Positions 47,907 through 57,285 of a stretch of DNA of 64,000 nt are shown here, piece after piece (positions within the stretch are counted from its first letter, which is position 1; the number at the start of each line of letters is the position of its first letter). The notes under the pieces were generated by a model. It did no database searches. It was not told the origin of the DNA and was given only the letters and a program-made list of their open reading frames with translations. Origin of the DNA: Candidatus Marinamargulisbacteria bacterium SCGC AG-343-D04 (lineage in GTDB: Bacteria > Margulisbacteria > Marinamargulisbacteria > GCA-2716485 > GCA-002719695); NCBI GenBank assembly GCA_003265885.1, contig QFBQ01000001.1:4215-68214 (forward strand). Reading direction: 5' to 3'. The position numbers and the translations under genes were made by a program.

Positions 47907-49246
47907 GATTCACTTTCTTTACGATGCGATTTAAAAAATATCCTCAAGGTATGACCAAAAAAGCCTCCTAAATATGCTCTCATACGTTTTTCTAAGAAAC
48001 GTTGATAGTCATTTGAAACATATTTTTTATTATTCACAAAGCATATAAAAGTTGGGGGCATTTCTTCTACTTGAGTAATATAATAAATTTTCACTTGTTT
48101 TCCAAACTTGGAAGGAGCCGGATAACGCTGAATGACATCTCGATTAAAATCGTTTAACATTTTTGTAGGAATACGTTCAAAAGAATCTTTCATCAAATCA
48201 GCTACTTGATTTAAAAGAGATGAAAGACCTGTTTTTTCGAGCGCTGAGCCAAAAATAATCGGATAATTTTCTAAAACAGATTGTCCATTAGTAAGAATAC
48301 GAGAAAAATCTTTTCTGATCGCCTTGGTATCTTCTAAAACATCAAATTTATTAACAAAAAGAAGCATACTTTTTCCTTCATCTAAAATCATTGAAACCAC
48401 TTTCTTATCTTGATTACTAAATCCACGTTCTGCATCTATCACCACAATAATGACATCTGCATCCACAACAGTCTGTCTGGTTCGAACTACGGAATAGAAT
48501 TCAATATCGCCTTTAACTTTCGACTGTTTTCGAATACCTGCCGTATCAATAAATTCATAGGTAATCTTTCCGTGCTGATAAAACATATGAACAGAATCAC
48601 GAGTTGTCCCTGAAACATCAGACACAATAACACGTTCAGTGTTCATCAAAGCATTAATCAAAGAGGATTTCCCTACATTAGGTCTTCCAATAATCCCAAC
48701 TTTAACCCTATTCTTAACACGTTCAGACTGTTTTTCTGAATAAGTAAAGGACTCGGTTACATGATCTAACACAAGATCAATTCCTCGACGATGTAATGAA
48801 GATACAGGTATAACGTCTGAAAACCCCAATGATGAAAATGCATGACTACATTGTTTTAACACTTCATTATCAGCTTTATTTGCGACTACCAAAACTTTTT
48901 CTGGAGAATTTTTTCGTAATAAACTGGCAATAGTTTTATCTGCAGGTAAAAGGCCTTCTTTTGCATCTACCATAAAGATAATAATAGACATATCTTCAAC
49001 AATATCTCTTACTTTTTCTTCTACAATAGATTGAAATTCAAACAAGTCATTATCATCACCTAAAATACCTCCGCTATCAACAACTAGAAAGGTTTTTTCT
49101 GCATGAGTCATAACAAACTCATTAAAATCACGAGTAACCCCTGGTTCATCAAAGGTAATCGCTGAGCGTTTCTTTAAAAGCGTATTCACAAACGTTGATT
49201 TTCCTACATTGGGACGTCCAATAATAAGAACTCGTGGCATATCCAT
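47903..49246 (-). CDS. der: Ribosome-associated GTPase Der (EngA), tandem GTPase domains
   Basis: Two G1 motifs, GRPNVGKST and GRPNVGKSS, plus a KH-like C-terminal domain. Confidence 0.9.
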   Translation of the reverse strand: MDMPRVLIIGRPNVGKSTFVNTLLKKRSAITFDEPGVTRDFNEFVMTHAEKTFLVVDSGGILGDDNDLFEFQSIVEEKVRDIVEDMSIIIFMVDAKEGLLPADKTIASLLRKNSPEKVLVVANKADNEVLKQCSHAFSSLGFSDVIPVSSLHRRGIDLVLDHVTESFTYSEKQSERVKNRVKVGIIGRPNVGKSSLINALMNTERVIVSDVSGTTRDSVHMFYQHGKITYEFIDTAGIRKQSKVKGDIEFYSVVRTRQTVVDADVIIVVIDAERGFSNQDKKVVSMILDEGKSMLLFVNKFDVLEDTKAIRKDFSRILTNGQSVLENYPIIFGSALEKTGLSSLLNQVADLMKDSFERIPTKMLNDFNRDVIQRYPAPSKFGKQVKIYYITQVEEMPPTFICFVNNKKYVSNDYQRFLEKRMRAYLGGFFGHTLRIFFKSHRKESES

Positions 49247-49344
49247 AAAAAAACTGTAGTCTTATTCCCAGCATTTGACAAGTAAAAAGAGCTCAAAATA
49301 GACATAAACGTAGAAGAGTTCAGCATTTACCCCTTAATTATTAC

Positions 49345-49373
49345 TTGGAATGCCTGCTAAAGTTGACTAAAAT
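49345..49373 (+). promoter_or_regulatory. Candidate sigma70-type promoter abutting the fmt start
   Basis: TTGGAA, 17 nt, TAAAAT, then 6 nt to the ATG at 49380. Confidence 0.3.
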
Positions 49374-49379
49374 AAGCGT

Positions 49380-50228
49380 ATGAACTTAAACATTGTCTTT
49401 TGTGGTAGCCCAGACTTTCCTTGTGAAACATTAATACGATTAATTCAGGACTCTGCTCACTCTATCTCCGTCATTTCCCAGCCAGACAAAATCCGATCCA
49501 GAGGGAGGAAATCATCACCTACTCCTGTAAAAGCACTGGCAATAGCTCAAAATCTTCCTGTACATACACCCGAAACAAAACAAGATTTTGAGGAGATTAT
49601 CAAGAAAATAAACCCAGATCTCATTATTGTGATTGCCTATGGCATGATATTATCTAAAAACATCACCTCACGCTATTATTGTGTTAATGCTCATGCGTCT
49701 TTACTGCCTCAATTCAGAGGGGCATCCCCTATACAAGCATCTCTTTTAAATACCGATACAAAAACCGGGATTACGCTGATCAAGATGAACGAAAAAATGG
49801 ACGAGGGTTCAATATTATTACAAGAAACGCTCGCTATAGCATCTACCGATAACTTTCAATCGTTGCATGATAAACTTGCTACATTAAGCGCTGAAACAAT
49901 CATCACTTTCGTCACCTCTTTCCAAAAGAACTCTATAAATGAAGGTGTTCCACAAGATCATTCACAGGCAACCTATTGTCATAAGATCAAGAAAGAAGAT
50001 CTTTTTTTAAACTCCAGTGATTCGACAAACGTAAATCTATCGAAAATCAAAGCCTTTTCACCTATTCCTGGAGCCTATAGTATAGTGAATGAAAAGCGTA
50101 TCAAAATTTTAGATGCAACTATTAAAGACGGAGAAATTGTCCCTTTGATGGTAAAGCCTGAAGGAAAGAAACAGATGACTTACACGGATTATCTTATTGG
50201 AAACAACCCAGAAATAACGCTATGTTAG
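49380..50228 (+). CDS. fmt: Methionyl-tRNA formyltransferase
   Basis: N-terminus IVFCGSPDF and catalytic [15 protein letters not shown]. At 282 aa it is somewhat short. Confidence 0.85.
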   Translation: MNLNIVFCGSPDFPCETLIRLIQDSAHSISVISQPDKIRSRGRKSSPTPVKALAIAQNLPVHTPETKQDFEEIIKKINPDLIIVIAYGMILSKNITSRYYCVNAHASLLPQFRGASPIQASLLNTDTKTGITLIKMNEKMDEGSILLQETLAIASTDNFQSLHDKLATLSAETIITFVTSFQKNSINEGVPQDHSQATYCHKIKKEDLFLNSSDSTNVNLSKIKAFSPIPGAYSIVNEKRIKILDATIKDGEIVPLMVKPEGKKQMTYTDYLIGNNPEITLC

Positions 50229-51025
50229 CAAAACGTATTATTCCTTGTCTTGATATTAAAGATGGCAGAGTCGTTAAAGGAACAAGTTTTGTTAATTTAA
50301 GGGATGCAGGAGATCCTATAGAGCTTGCGAAAGAATATGATAGGCAAGGTGCTGATGAAGTTGTTTTTTTAGATATTACAGCAAGTTCAGACAAGCGAGG
50401 TATTCTTCTTGATCTTATTAAACGCTGTGCAAAGGAGTTATTTATTCCATTTACCGTGGGAGGAGGAATTAATGACATTCAGATGATCCATGATTGCCTT
50501 AATGCAGGGGCAGATAAAGTTTCCATTAATACGGCGGCTGTTAAAAACCCAACTTTAATCAAAGAAGCCAGTTCCACATTTGGTTCGCAGTGCATTGTTA
50601 CTGCAATAGACATCAAAAAAATCGATCATCCTACTACATTCCCCTCTTATCCCATAAAAGAGGTTCAATGCACAGCAGATAGCACATGGGAGGTTTTCAC
50701 ACATGGAGGACGAAACTCTACAGGTATTGATGCGATAAAGTGGATAAAGATGTTAGAGCGATATGGTGCTGGAGAGATTTTATTAACATCAATGGATACT
50801 GATGGACAAAAAGAGGGGTATGATACAGCTATCACAAGTTTAGCTGCAAAGCTAACACAGATTCCGATCATTGCATCGGGAGGCGCAGGGACATTGAAAC
50901 ATATTTCTGATATTTTAAGCGTTGCAGATGCGGCATTATTAGCATCTATGTTGCATTATAAAGAAACTACTGTAGAAGAGATTAAAAAGCATTGTTTATC
51001 AAAAAATATTACGATACGACTATAA
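50222..51025 (+). CDS. hisF: Imidazole glycerol phosphate synthase cyclase subunit HisF (or HisF-like)
   Basis: N-terminus [19 protein letters not shown], plus [25 protein letters not shown] and ASGGAG motifs. The start lies 7 nt inside fmt. Confidence 0.85.
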   Translation: MLAKRIIPCLDIKDGRVVKGTSFVNLRDAGDPIELAKEYDRQGADEVVFLDITASSDKRGILLDLIKRCAKELFIPFTVGGGINDIQMIHDCLNAGADKVSINTAAVKNPTLIKEASSTFGSQCIVTAIDIKKIDHPTTFPSYPIKEVQCTADSTWEVFTHGGRNSTGIDAIKWIKMLERYGAGEILLTSMDTDGQKEGYDTAITSLAAKLTQIPIIASGGAGTLKHISDILSVADAALLASMLHYKETTVEEIKKHCLSKNITIRL

Positions 51026-51151
51026 AAAAAGCACATCCGACACTTAACATAACAGCAAACTCTTCTAAGAGATCCTTCCAAGGAATCAATCCATACCAAG
51101 CGGTGATCCTTCCCCTTCTCAAGAGATCAATTCTTCCTAAAGTGTGCTCAT

Positions 51152-51410
51152 AACCCAAGGGATGTTAGTAAATGCGCGCTCTGGGTAATTTATCGATCAA
51201 TGCAGCATAGCAGCGCTATGTAAATTGAAGGGATCAATTATAAACCCAAGGGATGTTAGTAAATGCGTGCTCTGGGTAATTTATCGATCAATGCAGCATA
51301 GCAGCGCTATGTAAATTGAAGGGATCAATTATAAACCCAAGGGATGTTAGTAAATGCGCGCTCTGGGTAATTTATCGATCAATGCAGCATAGCAGCGCTA
51401 TGTAAATTGA
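51152..51410. repeat. Tandem direct repeat: 91-bp unit x 2 full copies plus a 77-nt third copy
   Basis: Units start at 51152, 51243 and 51334. Copies 1 and 2 differ at one position (51268, C to T). The third copy is identical to copy 1 over its 77 nt. A degenerate unit tail precedes at 51121-51151. Confidence 0.9.
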
Positions 51411-51422
51411 GCGAAAATTGCT

Positions 51423-51447
51423 CAGAGCGCGCATTTACTAACATCCC
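51423..51447. repeat. Inverted copy of the 25-nt repeat core
   Basis: CAGAGCGCGCATTTACTAACATCCC is the exact reverse complement of GGGATGTTAGTAAATGCGCGCTCTG, found at 51159-51183 and 51341-51365 and with one mismatch at 51250-51274. Confidence 0.9.
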
Positions 51448-52319
51448 TAAAAAGGGTGGATGATTTTTGAGCCTTTCGACGCTCGTTTAAAATGGAGTCC
51501 TTCAGCGTCTTCATCACCATGTCTCCCCGAAGGTCTATTCAGCACCATTTGTTCTTCAATTTGGCTTAAAACAGAATCAGCTCTAATAATAGATTTAATT
51601 TTTGGAACAGGTTCAGCTGAAGGCTTCTTCTTCCCTGTGGCAGGCTTCTTATCCTCTGCTTCAGATTCCAAGAGTTCTAAATCATCTGAAGATAACCCCT
51701 CATCTGTTTCATCCATTTCATCCATCATAAAAGGGTCATCCAGTTCTTCCACATTCTCAGATTGAAAAAGGTCATCATCCATCGTTTCATTTTCTATACT
51801 AAGCTTTTCAGGCACTTCTTTTTCATTTTCATTTTCATTTTCTTCTTTCTTACTTTCTTCTTTTTTACTATCTTTAATAACAATTCTCTCATCAGAAGCA
51901 GATTCAATTTTAGTCATAGTCGGAGCTTTTTCAATAGTTTCAGGAATTGCGGGTTCTGAACTTAAAAACTCTTCAGTCAAATCTTTTTGTTTAACTTCTT
52001 GCTCTTTTTTATCTTTTTGGATAACTTCATCAAACAATTTCACTTCTTCTTCGGGAAGGTGCTCATCCGTTTGTATTTTATTCTTAATAAGCTTCTCTAC
52101 TTTATCGTCACTTTTTTTAGGGGATTCTTCGGAAACCGGCTCCTGTTGTTTGGGTTTCTTTTCTTCAGATGTTGCAGAGCTCTCGTCTTTAGCTGCCTCT
52201 TTCTTTTTAAATAATGAAACATCCTGATTCAAAAAAGATTTAACACGAGAAAAGAAAGACCCTTCTTGTTTTGAAGATTCTTTTTCTTTCTGATTGTCTT
52301 TATTTGTTTTTAAAACCAT
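51447..52319 (-). CDS. Hypothetical highly acidic, Glu/Lys/Asp/Ser-rich low-complexity protein
   Basis: 290-aa ORF. The long charged low-complexity sequence has no hydrophobic core until the last ~50 aa. The stop codon abuts the inverted repeat. Confidence 0.45.
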   Translation of the reverse strand: MVLKTNKDNQKEKESSKQEGSFFSRVKSFLNQDVSLFKKKEAAKDESSATSEEKKPKQQEPVSEESPKKSDDKVEKLIKNKIQTDEHLPEEEVKLFDEVIQKDKKEQEVKQKDLTEEFLSSEPAIPETIEKAPTMTKIESASDERIVIKDSKKEESKKEENENENEKEVPEKLSIENETMDDDLFQSENVEELDDPFMMDEMDETDEGLSSDDLELLESEAEDKKPATGKKKPSAEPVPKIKSIIRADSVLSQIEEQMVLNRPSGRHGDEDAEGLHFKRASKGSKIIHPF

Positions 52320-52444
52320 AAAAATACCGTAATAATCCCTTTATAGATTTAAATTACCTAATATTTAGAAAGAATAAACATTATTATACTACTTTACACT
52401 CATATATAGAATTATAGATTATCCTATGATACAGTCAGAAGCCT

Positions 52445-53515
52445 ATGAAACGAAAAAAACGAGTTCTAGTTGGAATGAGTGGTGGGATAGATTCCTCTGT
52501 GTGCGCAGCTATACTCAAAAAAAGAGGTTATGATGTTATTGGTATCACCATGCAATTGTTACCAAAAGAAATGGAAAAAGAGTCCAAATGCTGCAATTCC
52601 AATGCCATTACTGATGCCAAACGTGTTGCCCAACAATTAAACATTCCTCATTACACTATCAATATTAGAGATGATTTCAAGCATCATGTCATTGATTATT
52701 TTGTAAACGAATATCTCCTTGGACATACACCAAACCCATGTGTAGAATGCAATCGTTACATCAAATTCGATGCCTTAGACCAAAAAGCTAAAGAATTAGA
52801 CGCAGACTATGTTGCGACAGGACATTATTGCAAAATTACTCACAGCCCTAAAAAAGATCGATTTTTTCTAAAAAAAGCCAAGGACATCAAAAAAGATCAA
52901 ACCTATTTTATGTATATGCTAACGCAATACCAACTGAGCCGAACCTTATTTCCTCTTAGTGATTATACAAAACCGGAGATCAGAGCCATTGCAGAATCTC
53001 TACAGTTAATTAATGCGAAAAAAAAGGAAAGTCAAGATATCTGTTTTGTGACGATGGGAAATTACAAAGAATTCATTGAAGAACAGCTTACAAGTCCTCA
53101 AAAAGAAGGTAATATAGTTACAAATTCAGGAGAAATTCTTGGAAAACATCACGGGTTATACAACTATACTGTTGGTCAACGAAAAGGCTTAAACATTTCC
53201 TATGAACACCCTCTATATGTTCTCAAGATCAATGCTCAAAAAAACGAAATCGTGGTTGGGAAAGAGTCTGATCTTCAACAACATTCATTTGAAGTCAACG
53301 AGTATCATCTCATCAACAAAAGCATTTTCAATGAAAAAAAAGAATATTCAATTAAAGTAAGATATCGAATGATCCCATTTAAGGCCACTATAAAGTTAGA
53401 ATCCGAAACCAAAATGACTATTCATTCCCATTCTCCATTAAAATTTATCACAACAGGCCAATCTTGTGTCATATATGATAATGAGAATGTAATTGGTGGT
53501 GGAATAATCGTTTAA
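52445..53515 (+). CDS. mnmA: tRNA 2-thiouridine(34) synthase
   Basis: PP-loop VGMSGGIDSS, TPNPCVECN and ATGHY motifs. Confidence 0.9.
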   Translation: MKRKKRVLVGMSGGIDSSVCAAILKKRGYDVIGITMQLLPKEMEKESKCCNSNAITDAKRVAQQLNIPHYTINIRDDFKHHVIDYFVNEYLLGHTPNPCVECNRYIKFDALDQKAKELDADYVATGHYCKITHSPKKDRFFLKKAKDIKKDQTYFMYMLTQYQLSRTLFPLSDYTKPEIRAIAESLQLINAKKKESQDICFVTMGNYKEFIEEQLTSPQKEGNIVTNSGEILGKHHGLYNYTVGQRKGLNISYEHPLYVLKINAQKNEIVVGKESDLQQHSFEVNEYHLINKSIFNEKKEYSIKVRYRMIPFKATIKLESETKMTIHSHSPLKFITTGQSCVIYDNENVIGGGIIV

Positions 53516-53534
53516 ATATTTCTATAATATAAGC

Positions 53535-53804
53535 ATGCAAGACCTCATCAACACTCTATTTTTATCTATTTTTTCCTTTGCATACCACTATATACACACG
53601 CATTTTATAAGCTATATCATTATATTACTCATCGGACTGTTTCTAATGAAACGCGTGTACGTTTACAGTAAGAAAATTAAAAAACCCAAAAGCTTTATCG
53701 AGTTATTTTCCTTTGTTTTAGTATATTGTATCGTATTATTTGTTGGTGCATTTAACGTATGGTTTGTGCTGATTCATTTTCATACATTTCGGATATTAAG
53801 TTAA
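53535..53804 (+). CDS. Small hypothetical membrane protein
   Basis: 89 aa with three hydrophobic helices and no motif. Confidence 0.3.
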   Translation: MQDLINTLFLSIFSFAYHYIHTHFISYIIILLIGLFLMKRVYVYSKKIKKPKSFIELFSFVLVYCIVLFVGAFNVWFVLIHFHTFRILS

Positions 53805-53834
53805 ACCGTCCACCTTTTTTACACAAAAAAACGT

Positions 53835-54452
53835 TTAAAGATCTTTCAGTACAGAAATAATATCCTGGATTTTATTATAGTCCTTCACTCCAGGCTCACT
53901 TTCCACTCCAGAATTAATATCCACAGCATAAGGATTAACAAGCTGAACAGCTTTTTTAATATTATCCACATCTAAGCCCCCTGATAAAATAATAGGCACA
54001 TCAAAATCTTTTGCTGATAAAGCCAAACCCCAATCAAAAACTTTCCCCGTTCCCCCATACGAACCTTCTGATTTTGTATCTAATAAAATAGAAGTCACAC
54101 TGCCTTGGAATTGAGGAATTTTCTGAATATCATCTAACCCCCCTACACGGATCGCTTTAATCACTTTTGCATCCATCTTCATACAATATTCTGGTGATTC
54201 ATCACCATGAAGTTGAACAAAGTCCAATTTACACGATTTAGTAATGTCATTCACGCGATCTGCATCTTCATTCACAAACACACCCACTGAAGAAATAAAG
54301 GGAGGCAGAAAGTAGTTAATCTCTTGAACCGTTTCAGGACTTACATACCGAGAACTTTCCGAATAAAAAATAAAACCTAGAGCATGCACACCAAAAAATA
54401 TGGCATTTTCTGCATCTTCTCTCTTTGTAATCCCGCAAATTTTAATTTTCAT
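53835..54452 (-). CDS. trpF: Phosphoribosylanthranilate isomerase
   Basis: N-terminus MKIKICGIT, plus QLHG and GGL motifs. ATGA overlap with trpC. Confidence 0.8.
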   Translation of the reverse strand: MKIKICGITKREDAENAIFFGVHALGFIFYSESSRYVSPETVQEINYFLPPFISSVGVFVNEDADRVNDITKSCKLDFVQLHGDESPEYCMKMDAKVIKAIRVGGLDDIQKIPQFQGSVTSILLDTKSEGSYGGTGKVFDWGLALSAKDFDVPIILSGGLDVDNIKKAVQLVNPYAVDINSGVESEPGVKDYNKIQDIISVLKDL

Positions 54453-55216
54453 TTAAAATAATCCAATAGAGACGGTTCTTTTATTAAACCTTCTCCTATC
54501 AAAACCGCATCAAACTGATACTCACTAAGACCATCTAGTTGCTGAACTGAGTGATACCCACTCTCTGCAACAAACAAACATCCAGGAAATTCCTCATAAA
54601 TAGTTTCTTTAATATGAAGACTTCTATTGATATCAACATCAAAAGAATGTAAATCTCTATTGTTAACTCCTATAATCCGAACATCCGAAAGTTTCCGCAA
54701 GCACGCAACATCTTCTTCACTATGAATCTCTATTAACACATCCATCCCCAGTTCGTAAGCCTTATCAATAAGCTCTTGAGCTTGATCAACATCTAAAATA
54801 GCTAAAATAATCAAAATAGCATCCGCCCCAATGTGATAGGACTCCTCTACTTGAATAGGATCCAAAATAAAATCTTTTCTTAAGATGGGCATAGAACTTA
54901 CCTTATTAACAGACATTAAATAATCATTTTTACCTTGAAAGAAGGGTTCATCCGTCAAAATAGAAAAAGCTGATGATCCTCCTTTTTCAAAATGATGAGC
55001 TAAATCAAGGGGATTAAAATCCGGATTAATAAGACCTTTTGAAGGAGACGCTTTTTTTATCTCAGAAATCAACGACAAACCAGGTTGACTCAAAGCCTCA
55101 AAGAAACGACTCTTTTTATGAGATCGTTCCATAGAAAGATCTCTAACAAAAGACGACTTCAACTGTTTAACATAGTCTTTCTTATATTTTAAAATATCTT
55201 CAAGAATTGAATGCAT
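54449..55216 (-). CDS. trpC: Indole-3-glycerol phosphate synthase
   Basis: ISEIKKASPSKG, PILRKDFI and IGVNNRDL motifs. The start was chosen at ATG 55216 (MHSILEDIL), 4 nt after the cysE stop. Confidence 0.8.
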   Translation of the reverse strand: MHSILEDILKYKKDYVKQLKSSFVRDLSMERSHKKSRFFEALSQPGLSLISEIKKASPSKGLINPDFNPLDLAHHFEKGGSSAFSILTDEPFFQGKNDYLMSVNKVSSMPILRKDFILDPIQVEESYHIGADAILIILAILDVDQAQELIDKAYELGMDVLIEIHSEEDVACLRKLSDVRIIGVNNRDLHSFDVDINRSLHIKETIYEEFPGCLFVAESGYHSVQQLDGLSEYQFDAVLIGEGLIKEPSLLDYFK

Positions 55217-55220
55217 AGGC

Positions 55221-56117
55221 TTAATCTTTTTTAGAACGAACCAATTTATAGGTTGTATCAAAGTCTTCAGACAAATAAATTTTACTATAAGATGAAAGAG
55301 ATCGCGTCAACCACACATTACCACCAACAACTGAATGTGATCCAACCACTGTATTCCCGCCTAAAATAGTACTCATCGCATAAATAGTTACATGATCTTC
55401 CAATGTAGGATGCCGCTTTACAGAATTATCTCCATCAGAAACACTAAAGGCTCCTAAGGTAACCCCTTGATACAATTTAACATGATCCCCAATAATAGTC
55501 GTTTCACCTATCACAATCCCTGTTCCATGATCTATACAAAAATGACGTCCAATTTGTGCTCCAGGGTGAATATCAATACCTGTTTGAAAGTGAACAATTT
55601 CAGTAATCATTCTAGGAATAATGGGTACGTTATGAGAATGAAAGAAATGAGCGATTCTATAGGCCATAACAGCTTGAAATCCCGGATACGATAACAACAC
55701 CTCAATCATACTTGATGCTGCAGGGTCTCCCTTATACATCGCCACCGCATCATCAATTAAGGCCTCTCGTAAAAAAGGGATATGTGTTAAAAAAGAAATG
55801 ACTACATCCTCAGAAATAGTCTTTGCTTCAGACTCAGAATATTTAGGACTTTCCTCCTGAGGATTCCACAACACACATTTCAGAATTTCCTTAAGAAGAT
55901 CTGTATGTAATCGAGTCACTCTATCTTTTGTAAGCTTCTTCAACTCTTTATGTTCCAAAGCCTCTATTCCAAAAAATCCTGGGAACAAGACCTCTTTGAT
56001 CTGCTCCAAAATAAGTTCTAGATGTTGCATCGGAGGGTAATGAATCCCATCAACTGGATTAATAATACCTACCTGACTATATGAATCTATAATTTTTTTT
56101 ATTAGTGAATCAATCAT
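55221..56117 (-). CDS. cysE: Serine O-acetyltransferase (long form)
   Basis: Left-handed beta-helix hexapeptide repeats with the IDHGTGIVIGETTIIGDHVKLYQGVTLG signature. An N-terminal helical extension is present. Confidence 0.8.
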   Translation of the reverse strand: MIDSLIKKIIDSYSQVGIINPVDGIHYPPMQHLELILEQIKEVLFPGFFGIEALEHKELKKLTKDRVTRLHTDLLKEILKCVLWNPQEESPKYSESEAKTISEDVVISFLTHIPFLREALIDDAVAMYKGDPAASSMIEVLLSYPGFQAVMAYRIAHFFHSHNVPIIPRMITEIVHFQTGIDIHPGAQIGRHFCIDHGTGIVIGETTIIGDHVKLYQGVTLGAFSVSDGDNSVKRHPTLEDHVTIYAMSTILGGNTVVGSHSVVGGNVWLTRSLSSYSKIYLSEDFDTTYKLVRSKKD

Positions 56118-56664
56118 CTATCCAAAATATCCATAGAAAACGTTTTTTAACTTTTTTAACATATTGCGATGTTTCCCTATAAGAAAGCCCAGACCCATAA
56201 AAATAGTGTACACCAGCAGAAACAATTAATGAAGAAGATCGAGAAGACAGTTCTGCTGGAAGCGTTCCTTTCATAACAAAAGACCATCTAGAAGAAAGCC
56301 TATACATATACCCTCCTGTTACAAACAAAGAGGCCCTATACTGGGATTCAAAAGTATTATTAAACCCTACTGAATAAAAGCATTTAGACGAAGTCGTTAA
56401 CGGCACATACTTTCCATAATCAAACATAATATGAGGGAACATATGACGAGACTCAAAGCGACTCCCTATATAAAGAGACTTAAACAAATTCTGTTCATAA
56501 AGACGTTGATACCCAATCGAATACGTAAATTCCGAATTAGACTTCACACTAAAAAATGGTTGAAACAAAAAAGCAGTAGCATACGCCTGTAAAACAACAG
56601 GAATCACACACATCATTAAAACGGCAATAACCATTCGCTTAAACAAATATCTCAAAAAAATCAT
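56110..56664 (-). CDS. Hypothetical secreted / outer-membrane-like protein
   Basis: The internal start MIFLRYLFKRMVIAVLMMCVIPVVLQAYA looks like a signal peptide. The sequence is Tyr/Ser/Phe-rich and beta-type. It overlaps the cysE start by 8 nt. Confidence 0.35.
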   Translation of the reverse strand: MIFLRYLFKRMVIAVLMMCVIPVVLQAYATAFLFQPFFSVKSNSEFTYSIGYQRLYEQNLFKSLYIGSRFESRHMFPHIMFDYGKYVPLTTSSKCFYSVGFNNTFESQYRASLFVTGGYMYRLSSRWSFVMKGTLPAELSSRSSSLIVSAGVHYFYGSGLSYRETSQYVKKVKKRFLWIFWIDD

Positions 56665-56835
56665 ATACGTAACACCTTTAGATCCACAGACAACCATCCA
56701 ATTATATGGCATAATATATCATGATACAGGCTCATTATAAATCAAATAGGAAAAATAATTGAAATTTTTTCTCATTTTATAACGATAATTTAATAGAGGG
56801 AAAATATTTCAACAAAAGAAATATACATACTTACT

Positions 56836-57216
56836 ATGAAAAACATAAAAAAAACAGCCATTATTATTACAATATCCCTGATCTTACATTTCAGTGTCAG
56901 AGTTTACGCAAGTGTAACATTTCCTGCGTCTGTCTATCTAAACACGGGATATGAAGGGTTCACTGGTCATGTAACCATTATCTCTTCAAAATATCTAGAA
57001 GCATCAGATAAAATGAGAGAACGTCTAATTCCTCAATCAAATCCACTTATACGAATAAATTCTTCCATCGTTACATCTCAACCCATTAATACACCCACCC
57101 CTCGTTCATCAAACCCCAGCTTTACAGATGTAAACTCCAATATTCAATACACCCAGTCTATTCAAAATCAGCCTAGAAAGAACTACAGAATACAAACATT
57201 AAATTTAAATAACTAA
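56836..57216 (+). CDS. Hypothetical secreted protein
   Basis: Signal peptide ending VRVYA. The C-terminal half is Ser/Asn/Pro/Gln-rich and low in complexity. Confidence 0.35.
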   Translation: MKNIKKTAIIITISLILHFSVRVYASVTFPASVYLNTGYEGFTGHVTIISSKYLEASDKMRERLIPQSNPLIRINSSIVTSQPINTPTPRSSNPSFTDVNSNIQYTQSIQNQPRKNYRIQTLNLNN

Positions 57217-57285
57217 CTCTTCAAAACTCTATTACAATAAAACGGGTTACAAAAAAAGAAATAAACGCTATCCTAGATATGAACT

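Noticed and set aside
51061-51150. Loose repeats of GATCCTTCC / GATCAATTCTTCC just upstream of the tandem array, and a possible hisF terminator hairpin.
   Set aside because: Only weak 4-bp stems (CCTT/AAGG) are present. The similarity to the unit tail is partial. I treat this as the degenerate edge of the array rather than a separate element.
51152-51447. Possibility that the repeat array is a CRISPR array.
   Set aside because: The 91-bp units are directly adjacent with no unique spacers. The unit length is far above CRISPR repeat size. No cas genes are present in the window.
51460-52214. Three plus-strand ORFs (51460..51765, 51762..51959, 51987..52214) with Phe/Ser/Leu-rich translations.
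   Set aside because: They are the mirror image of the Glu/Lys-rich minus-strand gene (GAA/AAA codons read as TTC/TTT). They are frame-broken relative to each other and purely low-complexity.
53962-53970. Perfect DnaA-box consensus TTATCCACA.
   Set aside because: It is a single copy inside the trpF coding sequence, with no cluster and no adjacent AT-rich unwinding element or dnaA/dnaN gene. This is expected by chance.
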